A stretch of 64,000 nucleotides of DNA, from positions 1 to 64,000 of the forward strand of contig CDROCS010000998.1 of the NCBI GenBank assembly GCA_977020255.1, given 5' to 3'. The notes below the pieces were generated by a model. The model had not been told where the DNA came from and searched no databases. It was given only the letters and a program-made list of their open reading frames with translations. This document shows positions 33,393 through 42,318 of this stretch, piece after piece (position 1 is the stretch's first letter; each line of letters begins with the position of its first letter). A program made the position numbers and the translations under genes. The DNA comes from Obrimoposthia wandeli. Its lineage: Eukaryota.

Positions 33393-34325
33393 TTAACGGG
33401 TAATAAACTGGTCGGCATTCGAGATAATGCGTAGTGGAATACTGTAGGTTTGGGTGCCGTCTTGCTCGCCATAGCTCGGGCGACCAAGTTGCACCCGTGG
33501 GCTTTGCCAAACCACCTGATTACCGATTGAGCCATTAGAGAACACCAGTTCGTGCTCTTCACCGGCTTGCGCCAACGCAAACACATCTAACTCTGTCAGC
33601 TTCGGCGCTTCAATCACCATGGTGGCGGTCGGCTGGTAATCGGTGATCATCACCTCTTCATGACCGACATATTCCTGATACGGCACTTGGTTAGCCTGAT
33701 CATATTCAAGGGAAATGAGCTTGGCGGCAGTGCCATCGATGGTGAAACTGGAATGTTGCACCCCTATTTTTAGTGGTGTAAGCCAGGTCGAAAAATCGGG
33801 TACGGGATGTGCCTGCACCTCTGCCGGTACATGCAAGCCGGTAAAGGTAAACTTGATCCCACCGAAGGCTTTTGCCGCCGCGTTAAACGCCAAACTGCCC
33901 CGCGTGCCAACTACTTTATGTAAGGTGCCCGACTGGTAGTAATAGAGTGTCAGGCTACCTGTAGCATCATCATCGATGCTGTAAACGGTCTGGCTATTTT
34001 CAACATCTTCGGTGACCCGACGCAAACAAGCTGCCATTAAGTCACCCCACGGTGCAGCCTTGGCCGGATGTGCCGATGCGGCCAAATCTACCGTGAATTC
34101 AACCGAGACATACACCTCGGTCATGATTTCAGCTGACTGACCCAAAGTGCCATCGTCATATTCGAGTGCCTGAGATTCACCCGCGAGCGGTGTAATAGAA
34201 AACTCACGCCCCAGCACATGCTTCATTACCGCACCATTGGCAATGTTTTCAGCCGACAGCCCATCGACGCCATAGGTTGTTTCGGGCACAAAGCCGATGA
34301 TTTTTTTTCGTTCTTTACGAGCCAT
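33393..34325 (-). CDS. Major tail (tube) protein, siphovirus type
   Basis: 310 aa, E.TYG.D N-terminus, PWGDLMAAC; no sheath gene in the module. Confidence 0.8.
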   Translation of the reverse strand: MARKERKKIIGFVPETTYGVDGLSAENIANGAVMKHVLGREFSITPLAGESQALEYDDGTLGQSAEIMTEVYVSVEFTVDLAASAHPAKAAPWGDLMAACLRRVTEDVENSQTVYSIDDDATGSLTLYYYQSGTLHKVVGTRGSLAFNAAAKAFGGIKFTFTGLHVPAEVQAHPVPDFSTWLTPLKIGVQHSSFTIDGTAAKLISLEYDQANQVPYQEYVGHEEVMITDYQPTATMVIEAPKLTELDVFALAQAGEEHELVFSNGSIGNQVVWQSPRVQLGRPSYGEQDGTQTYSIPLRIISNADQFITR

Positions 34326-34758
34326 AACTGTTTTGGTCCTCGGTATATTCCGTTACAAATTGATCGAGCCATGTCGCCCGTCCGCTCTCTACGGCCAGCA
34401 GCCGACCACTACCCAGCCAGTACGGCTCAAACTCATCATCCCCTGACCAGCCAAACAGCCGTTTTTTCAGTTCATCGCGCAGCGGTTTCCAGTTGAGTGG
34501 CTTACTGTTACTGCTGGCATCAACAATCACCACGCCCACGGTTACCGTGACGGTTTGCAGGTAGGCTCCGCTGCCACGCACATCAGGCTGCGGAGAATCA
34601 CCCACTTGAAACACATACAGCGATGGGGTTCTTACTGTTTTGCTGCGCTTCAAATCCAGCTGCGTCAACGAATCAAGTTCATGTACGTCAATCCAGGGCG
34701 GCTTGCCTTTAACTGTCGATTTCAATCTATCTACTGTTAGCTTGATAAGATCGGCCAT
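34315..34758 (-). CDS. Tail terminator / Mu gp37-like protein
   Basis: 147 aa, position after gp36, RLFGWS motif. Confidence 0.65.
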   Translation of the reverse strand: MADLIKLTVDRLKSTVKGKPPWIDVHELDSLTQLDLKRSKTVRTPSLYVFQVGDSPQPDVRGSGAYLQTVTVTVGVVIVDASSNSKPLNWKPLRDELKKRLFGWSGDDEFEPYWLGSGRLLAVESGRATWLDQFVTEYTEDQNSYGS

Positions 34759-35192
34759 CAGATAAACCCTTTGGCACGACCGCGACCAAACACACTGCCC
34801 GCACTGGTAATGGTGGCGGTGTTGTTGCTCTCGGCTCTGGCATTGTTACTGTCTAAACCTAACTGCAATATGCCGCGCCCCACCTTTTCCAGATAACTGA
34901 TGCCATCTTTATAGCGCTTAGCTACTTGGTGTTCATCACCCAGCACATCATCATTCAGGTAGTAACGAGCCAAATCACAGGCCGTTCTTGTTAACACCCG
35001 AGGGACAATATGGAGTGGCAGACTATATCTGCCACCCAGATAGCCATCGATGGTGGCGCTGGCATCATCCATTGCTTGGTTCAACACGGTGTCGACAATG
35101 TCACCAGCGCTGCCATCGCGGTCAGTCAGTGCAATTAGCTCTTGTCCACCAAAGCGGGCTTTCATGTCATCTCGGGTGCAATACATCGCCAT
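34758..35192 (-). CDS. Mu gp36-like head-tail adaptor (DUF1320)
   Basis: MYCTRDDM..RFG..EL..LTD...A.IDGYL.GRY.LPL motif. Confidence 0.9.
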   Translation of the reverse strand: MAMYCTRDDMKARFGGQELIALTDRDGSAGDIVDTVLNQAMDDASATIDGYLGGRYSLPLHIVPRVLTRTACDLARYYLNDDVLGDEHQVAKRYKDGISYLEKVGRGILQLGLDSNNARAESNNTATITSAGSVFGRGRAKGFI

Positions 35193-35632
35193 TACTCCGC
35201 GTTATCAGCCTGCTCAGCAGCCAGTTTCTGGAATTCAGTCCACGCTTCATCACGCTCTTTTGCTGTCAGCGATATCCCTGCCAATTTCTCCAGCGCATTC
35301 ACTTGCGGCTTGTTACCACTTGTGAAGTGTTCTGAATTTTCTGGGTCGAGCTTTCCAATCGCATCAAGCAGGCTTAGCTCAGAAACATGGCCTAAACCAT
35401 CGTGTTCACTTCCTTGAACCACGTTCCCCGCCGTACCGTCTGCCGTATCTGCTTGGGCATACGACACTGCAAGGCGTGGATCTGCTTCAAGCATGGCCAG
35501 TTGCGAGCAGGTAACTGTACCCGCTTCCAGAATGTTTTCCCCGGTGTTAAACGCCATTCCCGCACGGCGGTAACCATCGTGCGCCACGCTTTTAATAACC
35601 AGTTTTTTATCGATAACAGTTTGTTGTGACAT
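35192..35632 (-). CDS. Mu gp35-like (HI1506-related) protein
   Basis: GYRRAGMAF...LEADPRLAV; C-terminal SGNKPQVNALE. Confidence 0.75.
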   Translation of the reverse strand: MSQQTVIDKKLVIKSVAHDGYRRAGMAFNTGENILEAGTVTCSQLAMLEADPRLAVSYAQADTADGTAGNVVQGSEHDGLGHVSELSLLDAIGKLDPENSEHFTSGNKPQVNALEKLAGISLTAKERDEAWTEFQKLAAEQADNAE

Positions 35633-35711
35633 AACATTGTGCTCTCCATATCAACGTTAAACAGGGCTTAAACAGCATTCGGCTAATGCCGTTTAAGTTA
35701 GTAAATTGGGA

Positions 35712-36620
35712 TTAAGCCAACCAAGGCACCACAACCAGCTCAACGGCTTTGTAGTTGGTGTTCGATTCACCCTGAGCCTTGTTTTCTGCTTCCAGCACTT
35801 TCTTGGCCGCGCTGCGATTGCTAGGGCCGCACACCAACACGCTAGACATGATCCCTAACGGGCGGCCTTCGTCTGACTTAAAGGCCATCATGGTTTCGAT
35901 TCCACTGTCGAAATTGGCATCGGTTAATGCAGCTTTAGATGCAAAGGCTTGCTGCCAGAACGCGAGCCCCCAGTTACCACGTCCATCAACGCCATAAAGA
36001 TATTCATCCGCCATGAAGACATGATCTGACTGGCCCGCATCTGTTTTTGCATTCAGGCGATAGTCTTTACGTTTCTGGTAAATGAACGGTTTTAAAGGTC
36101 GGCGGGTATCAAGCAGGAACCACGGGGCTCCCGCGCCTGCCTGCATGTTCGACACTGACTCTTCTTTACCAGTTTCAGGATTAACCACCGGATGGTCGGT
36201 ATCAAAGAAGTACTGACCGTCATAACACTTGGTGGTAAAGCCTGCGGCCATTAGGGCAAACAGCATTTCATCAGGATGTGATGCACTGGCGTAACCCATT
36301 TCTTGATACAGCGGCATAAACACACCGTAGGCATCGTCATCAATGGCTTCAGCAGGAATACCCACGGTTGATTCGTACTTTTTGTTCTTGAGCGTGTAAT
36401 CATGACTGGCCAGTTTTTTAACCTGACGATCACCTACCCATTCACGCAATCGGGGAAACTGACCTAACCAGGTGTACGCTTCCGCCGAGGTCGAAGACGG
36501 CACCATGGTGGCGAATTGCGGCCACAATGCGGTGTAACTACCGCTACCGGTGTTAAACGCAGTTTTAACCGCTGTATAAAGGGCGCTTAAATTATTTTGA
36601 TTAATATCCACTTTGTTCAC
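35712..36620 (-). CDS. Major capsid protein (Mu gpT family)
   Basis: Y.WLGQFP.LREWVGDR, CYDGQYFFDTDHPV, WQQAF motifs. Confidence 0.93.
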   Translation of the reverse strand: MNKVDINQNNLSALYTAVKTAFNTGSGSYTALWPQFATMVPSSTSAEAYTWLGQFPRLREWVGDRQVKKLASHDYTLKNKKYESTVGIPAEAIDDDAYGVFMPLYQEMGYASASHPDEMLFALMAAGFTTKCYDGQYFFDTDHPVVNPETGKEESVSNMQAGAGAPWFLLDTRRPLKPFIYQKRKDYRLNAKTDAGQSDHVFMADEYLYGVDGRGNWGLAFWQQAFASKAALTDANFDSGIETMMAFKSDEGRPLGIMSSVLVCGPSNRSAAKKVLEAENKAQGESNTNYKAVELVVVPWLA

Positions 36621-36657
36621 TCCAACACTGTTTATGTCTGTGCTATTTCACGCCCAG

Positions 36658-37044
36658 CTATTTGATTCCCAACCACACCCACACACCGTCACTCTCTACT
36701 TGGGTGATCACCCCAGCTTTAGGACGCGCATTGGTGTTACTGCTGATGGACAAGCTGCCGTCATCAACAAAGAAGGCATCTGAACCCACATCGGCATTAT
36801 CAATATCACCGCTGTTCAAAAACTTATGCTCACCAACATCGACACCAATACGGGTTTCACCATCAAAACCTGTGGTGTTGTCTACACCGAGGTTTGACAC
36901 ACCAGCACAGATGTCGGCAGGCGCGGCACTGGCAAAACCGATGGCTAGCCCTGCTGCCAACATCACCACCGCATTACCGCCAATGTACTGGCCCCCTTTA
37001 ACCGGATAATCTCGGCGGGTGCCCGTTCGTTTTGCTGTTCCCAT
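36658..37044 (-). CDS. Capsid decoration/cement protein
   Basis: 128 aa Gly-rich ORF between scaffold and capsid genes, ends GVWVWLG. Confidence 0.65.
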   Translation of the reverse strand: MGTAKRTGTRRDYPVKGGQYIGGNAVVMLAAGLAIGFASAAPADICAGVSNLGVDNTTGFDGETRIGVDVGEHKFLNSGDIDNADVGSDAFFVDDGSLSISSNTNARPKAGVITQVESDGVWVWLGIK

Positions 37045-37595
37045 TAGCTGTTTTCCTTTTTCGCTGCCAAGAATGCGGTTTTATCAAGATCACATGCCTT
37101 GAGCACTGCCAGCTCTTCAGCTGTTAGATCGTTATCGTTCTTGGTTTTATGGTGGGTTTGCTGGGTTGCCGTTTGTTGCGAAGTAAGAGCAGCAATGGCT
37201 GGGCGCTTTTCAAGCATTGCCGACAACGCAACAACGCCTTGTTGTTCACCAAACTGTTTTAAGTAGTCGGTTTCCGCTTCAACAATCTGGCCTTTGTCTT
37301 TCGCGGCTTTAATCACGGAATCAATACCTGTTGAATCTGTACCCGCTTTTAATACAGCCAGTTCACCGACCACGCCGTTATAGGCATCGATAGTGACAAA
37401 CTGAGTTAGATCGACAGCTTTGCCCTTATCTGCGGTTAATGCTGCCACCTGCGTTTTCAGATTATTGCTTTCGGTCGCCTTGGTTTGCAGGGCATCGAGG
37501 GCTGTTAATGCGGCCTGCCCTTGCTCTTGGGTTAAGGTGTCTTCTGTTGGGGTGATACCTAACTTACCGAGCAGTTTTTTCAGTAGTTCATTCAC
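37044..37595 (-). CDS. Internal-start scaffold protein (Mu gpZ analogue)
   Basis: In-frame GTG at 37595 preceded by GGAGG at 8-nt spacing. Confidence 0.7.
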   Translation of the reverse strand: MNELLKKLLGKLGITPTEDTLTQEQGQAALTALDALQTKATESNNLKTQVAALTADKGKAVDLTQFVTIDAYNGVVGELAVLKAGTDSTGIDSVIKAAKDKGQIVEAETDYLKQFGEQQGVVALSAMLEKRPAIAALTSQQTATQQTHHKTKNDNDLTAEELAVLKACDLDKTAFLAAKKENS

Positions 37596-38222
37596 ATTAC
37601 GATCCTCCGTTTGACCGTATAGATTAATTTCGGTGCCGATACCGGCGGTGTGGGAATTCAATCTGAGATTGAAGTCAGCCGTCTTTTCTGCGTACAGGGC
37701 TGCCAGTGATTCCATGCCGACGACACCGGGATCATTGGTAATAGCCGCCATGCGCAGCAGTAACGGGTGACCGTGTTTGTTGTAGGGGAAAACAGCAGAA
37801 AGAAAGGCGTACTCTTTAGCGTCAATATGGCCTTTAGCGGTATTGGTCCAATCGGGGCGAATATATAAACCCTGCCCTTCACGCCACTCAATATCGACAC
37901 CACTATTCAGCCAGCCGGATGCAATGGCCTTTTGACCATTTTCGGCGGTATTGAGGGTTTGATGTTCGTAATCAATCAGGACTTTGGGGGCTGTGGCTTT
38001 AGTGGCCGCAATCATCTGCGCGGCGATATCGGCATTAAGGTGCCAATAGCCATCGGCGGTATCGTGGGGGCGACCATCACGGGCTTTGAATTTGCCCGCA
38101 GGTAGCAGCTGATGCCAGCCGTCTTCTGACTGGTTTAAGTCTGCTACCAGTACAGCAAGGTTACCGGTAAGGTTGGCAGCTAAAACTGCCTGCGCGATGT
38201 GAGTGCGTTTTGATGTTTTCAT
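37044..38222 (-). CDS. Mu gpI-like prohead protease with C-terminal scaffold
   Basis: QLLPAGKF.ARDGRP, IDYEHQTL, Y.FLSAVF, AAITNDPG motifs. Confidence 0.92.
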   Translation of the reverse strand: MKTSKRTHIAQAVLAANLTGNLAVLVADLNQSEDGWHQLLPAGKFKARDGRPHDTADGYWHLNADIAAQMIAATKATAPKVLIDYEHQTLNTAENGQKAIASGWLNSGVDIEWREGQGLYIRPDWTNTAKGHIDAKEYAFLSAVFPYNKHGHPLLLRMAAITNDPGVVGMESLAALYAEKTADFNLRLNSHTAGIGTEINLYGQTEDRNVNELLKKLLGKLGITPTEDTLTQEQGQAALTALDALQTKATESNNLKTQVAALTADKGKAVDLTQFVTIDAYNGVVGELAVLKAGTDSTGIDSVIKAAKDKGQIVEAETDYLKQFGEQQGVVALSAMLEKRPAIAALTSQQTATQQTHHKTKNDNDLTAEELAVLKACDLDKTAFLAAKKENS

Positions 38223-38280
38223 AGCGCCAGTGTGGCGCTATTTGGCTAGGAGGCGTGGTGGAAGAAGTTCGGGAATGTGG
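38222..38280 (-). promoter_or_regulatory. Putative late promoter/leader of the head operon
   Basis: TCCCGAACTTCTTCCA (38259-38274) shared 14/16 with the lysis leader; TAGCGCCA-N3-TGGCGCTA hairpin overlapping the ATG. Confidence 0.55.
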
Positions 38281-38539
38281 ATTGGCTTGAGATTGAACAG
38301 AAGTGAGTGAGTTAGTTTTTTTTGCTCTATTTTTAGGTTTCGGATAAGGTTTCATATTGCAAATGTTGAATTTGCGCGAGTAAACGCTATAAATATGACC
38401 TAATTCACGAGGCTACTACAGTACAGTACTACGAAGCGTTGGGGCTGAAACCTGATCTTGGTATTTGACCTTATTGAGTAAAGACAGCAAAAGAATTTAA
38501 TTGTTATACTCTATAATGGCTCCAGAATAATGGTGATTT

Positions 38540-39298
38540 ATGATGGTAGATGGAAACAACGAAAGATTATTAGAGCCTGAAATCAAATCATTGCTACTTA
38601 ACCATTTGGTTATGAAAGGGATATTAACATCTGCCGATACGGTTTTTAACGAATTTACAGTTGATAACGCTTCTCGTAGGGTTGATCTAGCTATCTCTAA
38701 AGGGAAAGAGTTGTGGGCATTTGAAATTAAAAGTGAAGCCGATACTCTGACTAGACTAAAAGGACAAGTAAACATCTATTCAAAGTACTTTGACAAAGTA
38801 TTTGTAGTGGTTGCAAAAAAGCATGTTGACTCAGCATTGTCCATAATTCCTACTTCAGTAGCTCTTTGGGAAATAAAACAAAACAGAATAGTAGTGAAGC
38901 AAAAAGGGAGAAAAAAACTAATTAAAAACTCTGAAAGTTTCATTGATATGATGAGTGTCTCTGATTTAACTAAAATCGTGAGTAAAAGTGGCCTAAAATC
39001 CCCATCTAAAAGAAGACAAGATTTAGTCAGTTCTTTAGCTAAAGTAAATAGTAATTTATTGAGAGAAGCTGCTTTTGAAGCCATCACGCAAAAATATAGG
39101 CTATCTTCGAAGATGTTCTTTGATCAAGTCATGAATAGGGATATTACTCCTAATGATATTTCTTTATTAAGTCGATTCAAATTACAGGACTTACGCTCAC
39201 TTATCCCCACAGACGATATTGAGGATATTATATGTACCCTTAATGCTATAGGCATTGATGGCGATAGGATACAGTGCAATGATTTAAGTTGCGTATAG
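38540..39298 (+). CDS. sce7726-family PD-(D/E)xK-like protein
   Basis: RRVDLAI...AFEIKSEADTLTRL..Q...Y..YFD.V.VV motif. Confidence 0.8.
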   Translation: MMVDGNNERLLEPEIKSLLLNHLVMKGILTSADTVFNEFTVDNASRRVDLAISKGKELWAFEIKSEADTLTRLKGQVNIYSKYFDKVFVVVAKKHVDSALSIIPTSVALWEIKQNRIVVKQKGRKKLIKNSESFIDMMSVSDLTKIVSKSGLKSPSKRRQDLVSSLAKVNSNLLREAAFEAITQKYRLSSKMFFDQVMNRDITPNDISLLSRFKLQDLRSLIPTDDIEDIICTLNAIGIDGDRIQCNDLSCV

Positions 39299-39312
39299 AC
39301 ATATAGACACAA

Positions 39313-40446
39313 CTAATCTACCCAATCTTCATCTGTATCGAGGTCTTCCAGAATATCACTGTAATGAAGCTGCTGGTACAGGTGTAAGTTGATTCTTACA
39401 GCTGTTGCCCGATTTGGAGACGTAATGCCATATTCGTCACCTTCTGAAGTCCTCTCTATCATTTGAACTCCCCAAAGTTGTAGACCTTCAATCCAGTAAT
39501 CGCTAATGATCATTTCAGATGCAGCTTCTTGGTAAAGTTCTTCTTTTTCTCCTAGAGCAATGTTTTTGGGGTCATCAAATTCCTTTCTTATAAAACGCCA
39601 ATCGTTTTTTAGTGAATAATCAATGCGAGGAGGCGGAGTTGACCCACCACCACTAAGTTTAGCCGCTCTAGCACCACCGCGATCTGAATATAGCATCGCT
39701 ATATCCGATGAACAGTTTTTAAATGTACTATTGAAAAGCAGTCTTTCATATATCGGAATTTCTCCACGATATGAACCTGCAAAACTAAAAGGAAAAGATG
39801 CAGCGGATATTGAAAAAACTGCTTGAGGAAAGAGTCGGTGCAGACTTTCGACTAGTTTCGCATGTTTTTCACCTTCTAGAGTATCAATTTTTCCCACATC
39901 TTCATGATCAAATATAAATAGAAGCTGATTTATGCTTTTACCTAGTAATGATCTGGCTACGGTATTAAATAGCACTGCCGAACTTTTCTTCATCATAAAT
40001 CGAACGACTAGCCCACGATTTAGAGAGACTAAAGACACAATTTGCTTATCCAATTCACTTAAATTATCAAGCTGTAATGTTGGTATAGCGTTGGGAGTGC
40101 TTTGAATATAATTAAACCAGTTTTCGTACCCATTATTTGGGTTAAGAAGGTTATGAATTTCTTCATGAACGGCTCTTGGATATTCTTGTGTTGCAATATA
40201 CTTTTTGTTTTTAAATAGAAAGTCACTATCAATATCAGCAATAAAATGTCTTTCGCCAATTGATTTCTGAATTCTTTCTATAGAGCTTTTCAGGTAACGA
40301 GCTGTTGTCCACCCTTTTAATGGGAACATCGGCAGTATCTTATCTTTGTCTTTTTCTGGCAACTGCTCGATTGCTGTCATTTCCGAAGGATTTAACGCCA
40401 GTATCGGGGCATATTGAAAAAGTAATGCTTGCTCTGATATAAACAA
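39313..40446 (-). CDS. Beta-family protein (related to satellite P4 beta / sce7725)
   Basis: N-terminal YAPIL...E..AI..L, PRIDY, C-terminal W.....S.......RINLHL; probable TTG start at 40446 after a GAGGT RBS. Confidence 0.7.
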   Translation of the reverse strand: MFISEQALLFQYAPILALNPSEMTAIEQLPEKDKDKILPMFPLKGWTTARYLKSSIERIQKSIGERHFIADIDSDFLFKNKKYIATQEYPRAVHEEIHNLLNPNNGYENWFNYIQSTPNAIPTLQLDNLSELDKQIVSLVSLNRGLVVRFMMKKSSAVLFNTVARSLLGKSINQLLFIFDHEDVGKIDTLEGEKHAKLVESLHRLFPQAVFSISAASFPFSFAGSYRGEIPIYERLLFNSTFKNCSSDIAMLYSDRGGARAAKLSGGGSTPPPRIDYSLKNDWRFIRKEFDDPKNIALGEKEELYQEAASEMIISDYWIEGLQLWGVQMIERTSEGDEYGITSPNRATAVRINLHLYQQLHYSDILEDLDTDEDWVD

Positions 40447-40447
40447 A

Positions 40448-40948
40448 TTAACCTCTATAATTATCAAGTTGATATTTCAAAGAAGTTAGAGACACGTCAA
40501 AATCTAGTGCAAGCTGTTCATACAAAGCTTCACCTTTGAGTGTATTTTCACTATCTCTTTTATGTTTAGCTAATAAGTGCATAGGCATTAGAATATCAGC
40601 AGCTAAGTTATTTGCTTCGGTTTCTATAGTTGAGGGAAGCTTGGAACGAAATAGTGCATCATCAATAATGCCATCACCAATATATTTCCTATGTAGAAGA
40701 AAATGGGCTATCTCATGAGCTAAAGTAAATCGTTGGCGGTGTTTAACATCATGTCTATTAACACGTATTAATACGACTCCATTCGACTCTTTTATTTCAC
40801 CCGAAATATTACCTTGTAATGTTGATGATTTAACTATCAACCCAAAAGCCTTGGCTAAAGTGCCAACCTTGATTGGGAAGCTATTTTGATGTGCTTTTAT
40901 GATTGAAATTTGTTCATGGGATAGTTTACTCCACTCTCTTGAAATCAT
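40448..40948 (-). CDS. ImmA/IrrE-family Zn metallopeptidase (no HTH)
   Basis: RFTLAHEIAHFLLH (HExxH) and ETEANNLAADILMP. Confidence 0.9.
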   Translation of the reverse strand: MISREWSKLSHEQISIIKAHQNSFPIKVGTLAKAFGLIVKSSTLQGNISGEIKESNGVVLIRVNRHDVKHRQRFTLAHEIAHFLLHRKYIGDGIIDDALFRSKLPSTIETEANNLAADILMPMHLLAKHKRDSENTLKGEALYEQLALDFDVSLTSLKYQLDNYRG

Positions 40949-41721
40949 TTTATATCCCCATCTTTCTGTACGCTTTCGTCCGTATCACCAAGCTGATCCC
41001 AGTCGATATCTTCATCTAATTCGGCCCAGTCTATGCTCTTGCTTCCATTTTTATTTCTAAGAATAAAGGCATCAACAACATCCTCTAAATGCTTAGTGAA
41101 TTTACCTTCGTCAATAAGCTCTTCCAATTTATTTTTTACTACACTATCAATTTTCTGTTCTGTCGTTTCTCCTGCGACTTTTTCTGCAATAGTTTCAGCA
41201 GTAGATTCGGTCGTTTGCTTTATGTTTCGATAGCCCCAAAAAGAAAGTACGGCTATAGCAATACCGAGAGCGGTTATGATAACTGATACGGAAGTAATCG
41301 ATATCGCTGCAAAATCAGCGTAGGAAAAGTAGTTTTGATGTTGATATAAGTTATCAACTCTTTGTTTTAGTTTGGGTAAGTTATTAGGTAACTCTGTACG
41401 ATTTTGAGTAACTATTGAACTTTTTAATATTGCTTCATTAATTGCACTAGAGCTTTTTAATATTTCTTTATGAAGCTTTTGGTAATCGTCTCTGATTTCA
41501 TTGTCGATTATCTCGTTGGAAGCTTGAGATAACTGGACAGTGGCATTGGCTAGAGTATCAAGAGATTGTGATATAGAAAGCAAAGATTCGAGAACCGCCT
41601 TGTTATGTTCTTTATCAATATTGGTTGTTGTAGGAGGGGATTCGATAGCATTAAGTTCTGCTGCAACGAGAGGAAATGAACATACCCAAATGATAATGGC
41701 TTTAATAACAAAGTGCATCAC
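40945..41721 (-). CDS. Hypothetical membrane protein (signal peptide, coiled coil, one TM, acidic tail)
   Basis: Hydrophobic N-terminus; TM segment AAISITSVSVIITALGIAIAVLSFWGY; ATGA overlap with the peptidase gene. Confidence 0.7.
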   Translation of the reverse strand: MMHFVIKAIIIWVCSFPLVAAELNAIESPPTTTNIDKEHNKAVLESLLSISQSLDTLANATVQLSQASNEIIDNEIRDDYQKLHKEILKSSSAINEAILKSSIVTQNRTELPNNLPKLKQRVDNLYQHQNYFSYADFAAISITSVSVIITALGIAIAVLSFWGYRNIKQTTESTAETIAEKVAGETTEQKIDSVVKNKLEELIDEGKFTKHLEDVVDAFILRNKNGSKSIDWAELDEDIDWDQLGDTDESVQKDGDIK

Positions 41722-41868
41722 TACTAGTTCCAGACTCTAAATATCAAGATTTGGACCAATAATACTACAACTATCGCTACGGTTATCATATCACTCTTTG
41801 ATTTTGATGAAATTTATTTTTTATTGATGAGGAGCTTGAAGACTAATACATAATAATAAAACTGATTA

Positions 41869-42030
41869 AATCGCTTGGTTTGAGATGTAAGGGCTTTAGT
41901 CAGCGACTAGTACAGCAAGGTTACAGGTAAGATTGGCAGCTAAAACTGCCTGAGTGACTTGAGTGCGTTTTGATGTTTTCATAGCGCCAGTGTGGCGCTA
42001 TTTGGCTAGGGGGCGTTCGGGGATGTGGAG
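41869..42030 (-). repeat. Chimeric duplicate: gene I leader + first 28 codons fused to gene G stop + 3' flank
   Basis: 41896-42030 matches 38136-38280; 41869-41904 matches 46214-46249; mini-ORF MKTSKRTQVTQAVLAANLTCNLAVLVAD* at 41896-41982. Confidence 0.92.
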
Positions 42031-42318
42031 GATTTGGTTCGGAACTGCTTGGTGTGAGTCAGCAATGATCTCATTGACTCATTTTTGGACAAAATCGTGT
42101 CAGTGATATTGCTAATTTAGCTATTAATGAATTAGTTCAAGTATAGAAAGGACTCCCTTATATGAAGCCCGACTGCAGCTTATCCGTACATAACACTCAA
42201 GGTAGCAACTACATCAAAGTAATTAAAGCCTCAGGTAACGTCTTAATTTTGTGATGATATCAACTTCAGTTGTTGATTCTGCTGATATCATATTGCAACG
42301 ACTAGGCTGATATAAAAG

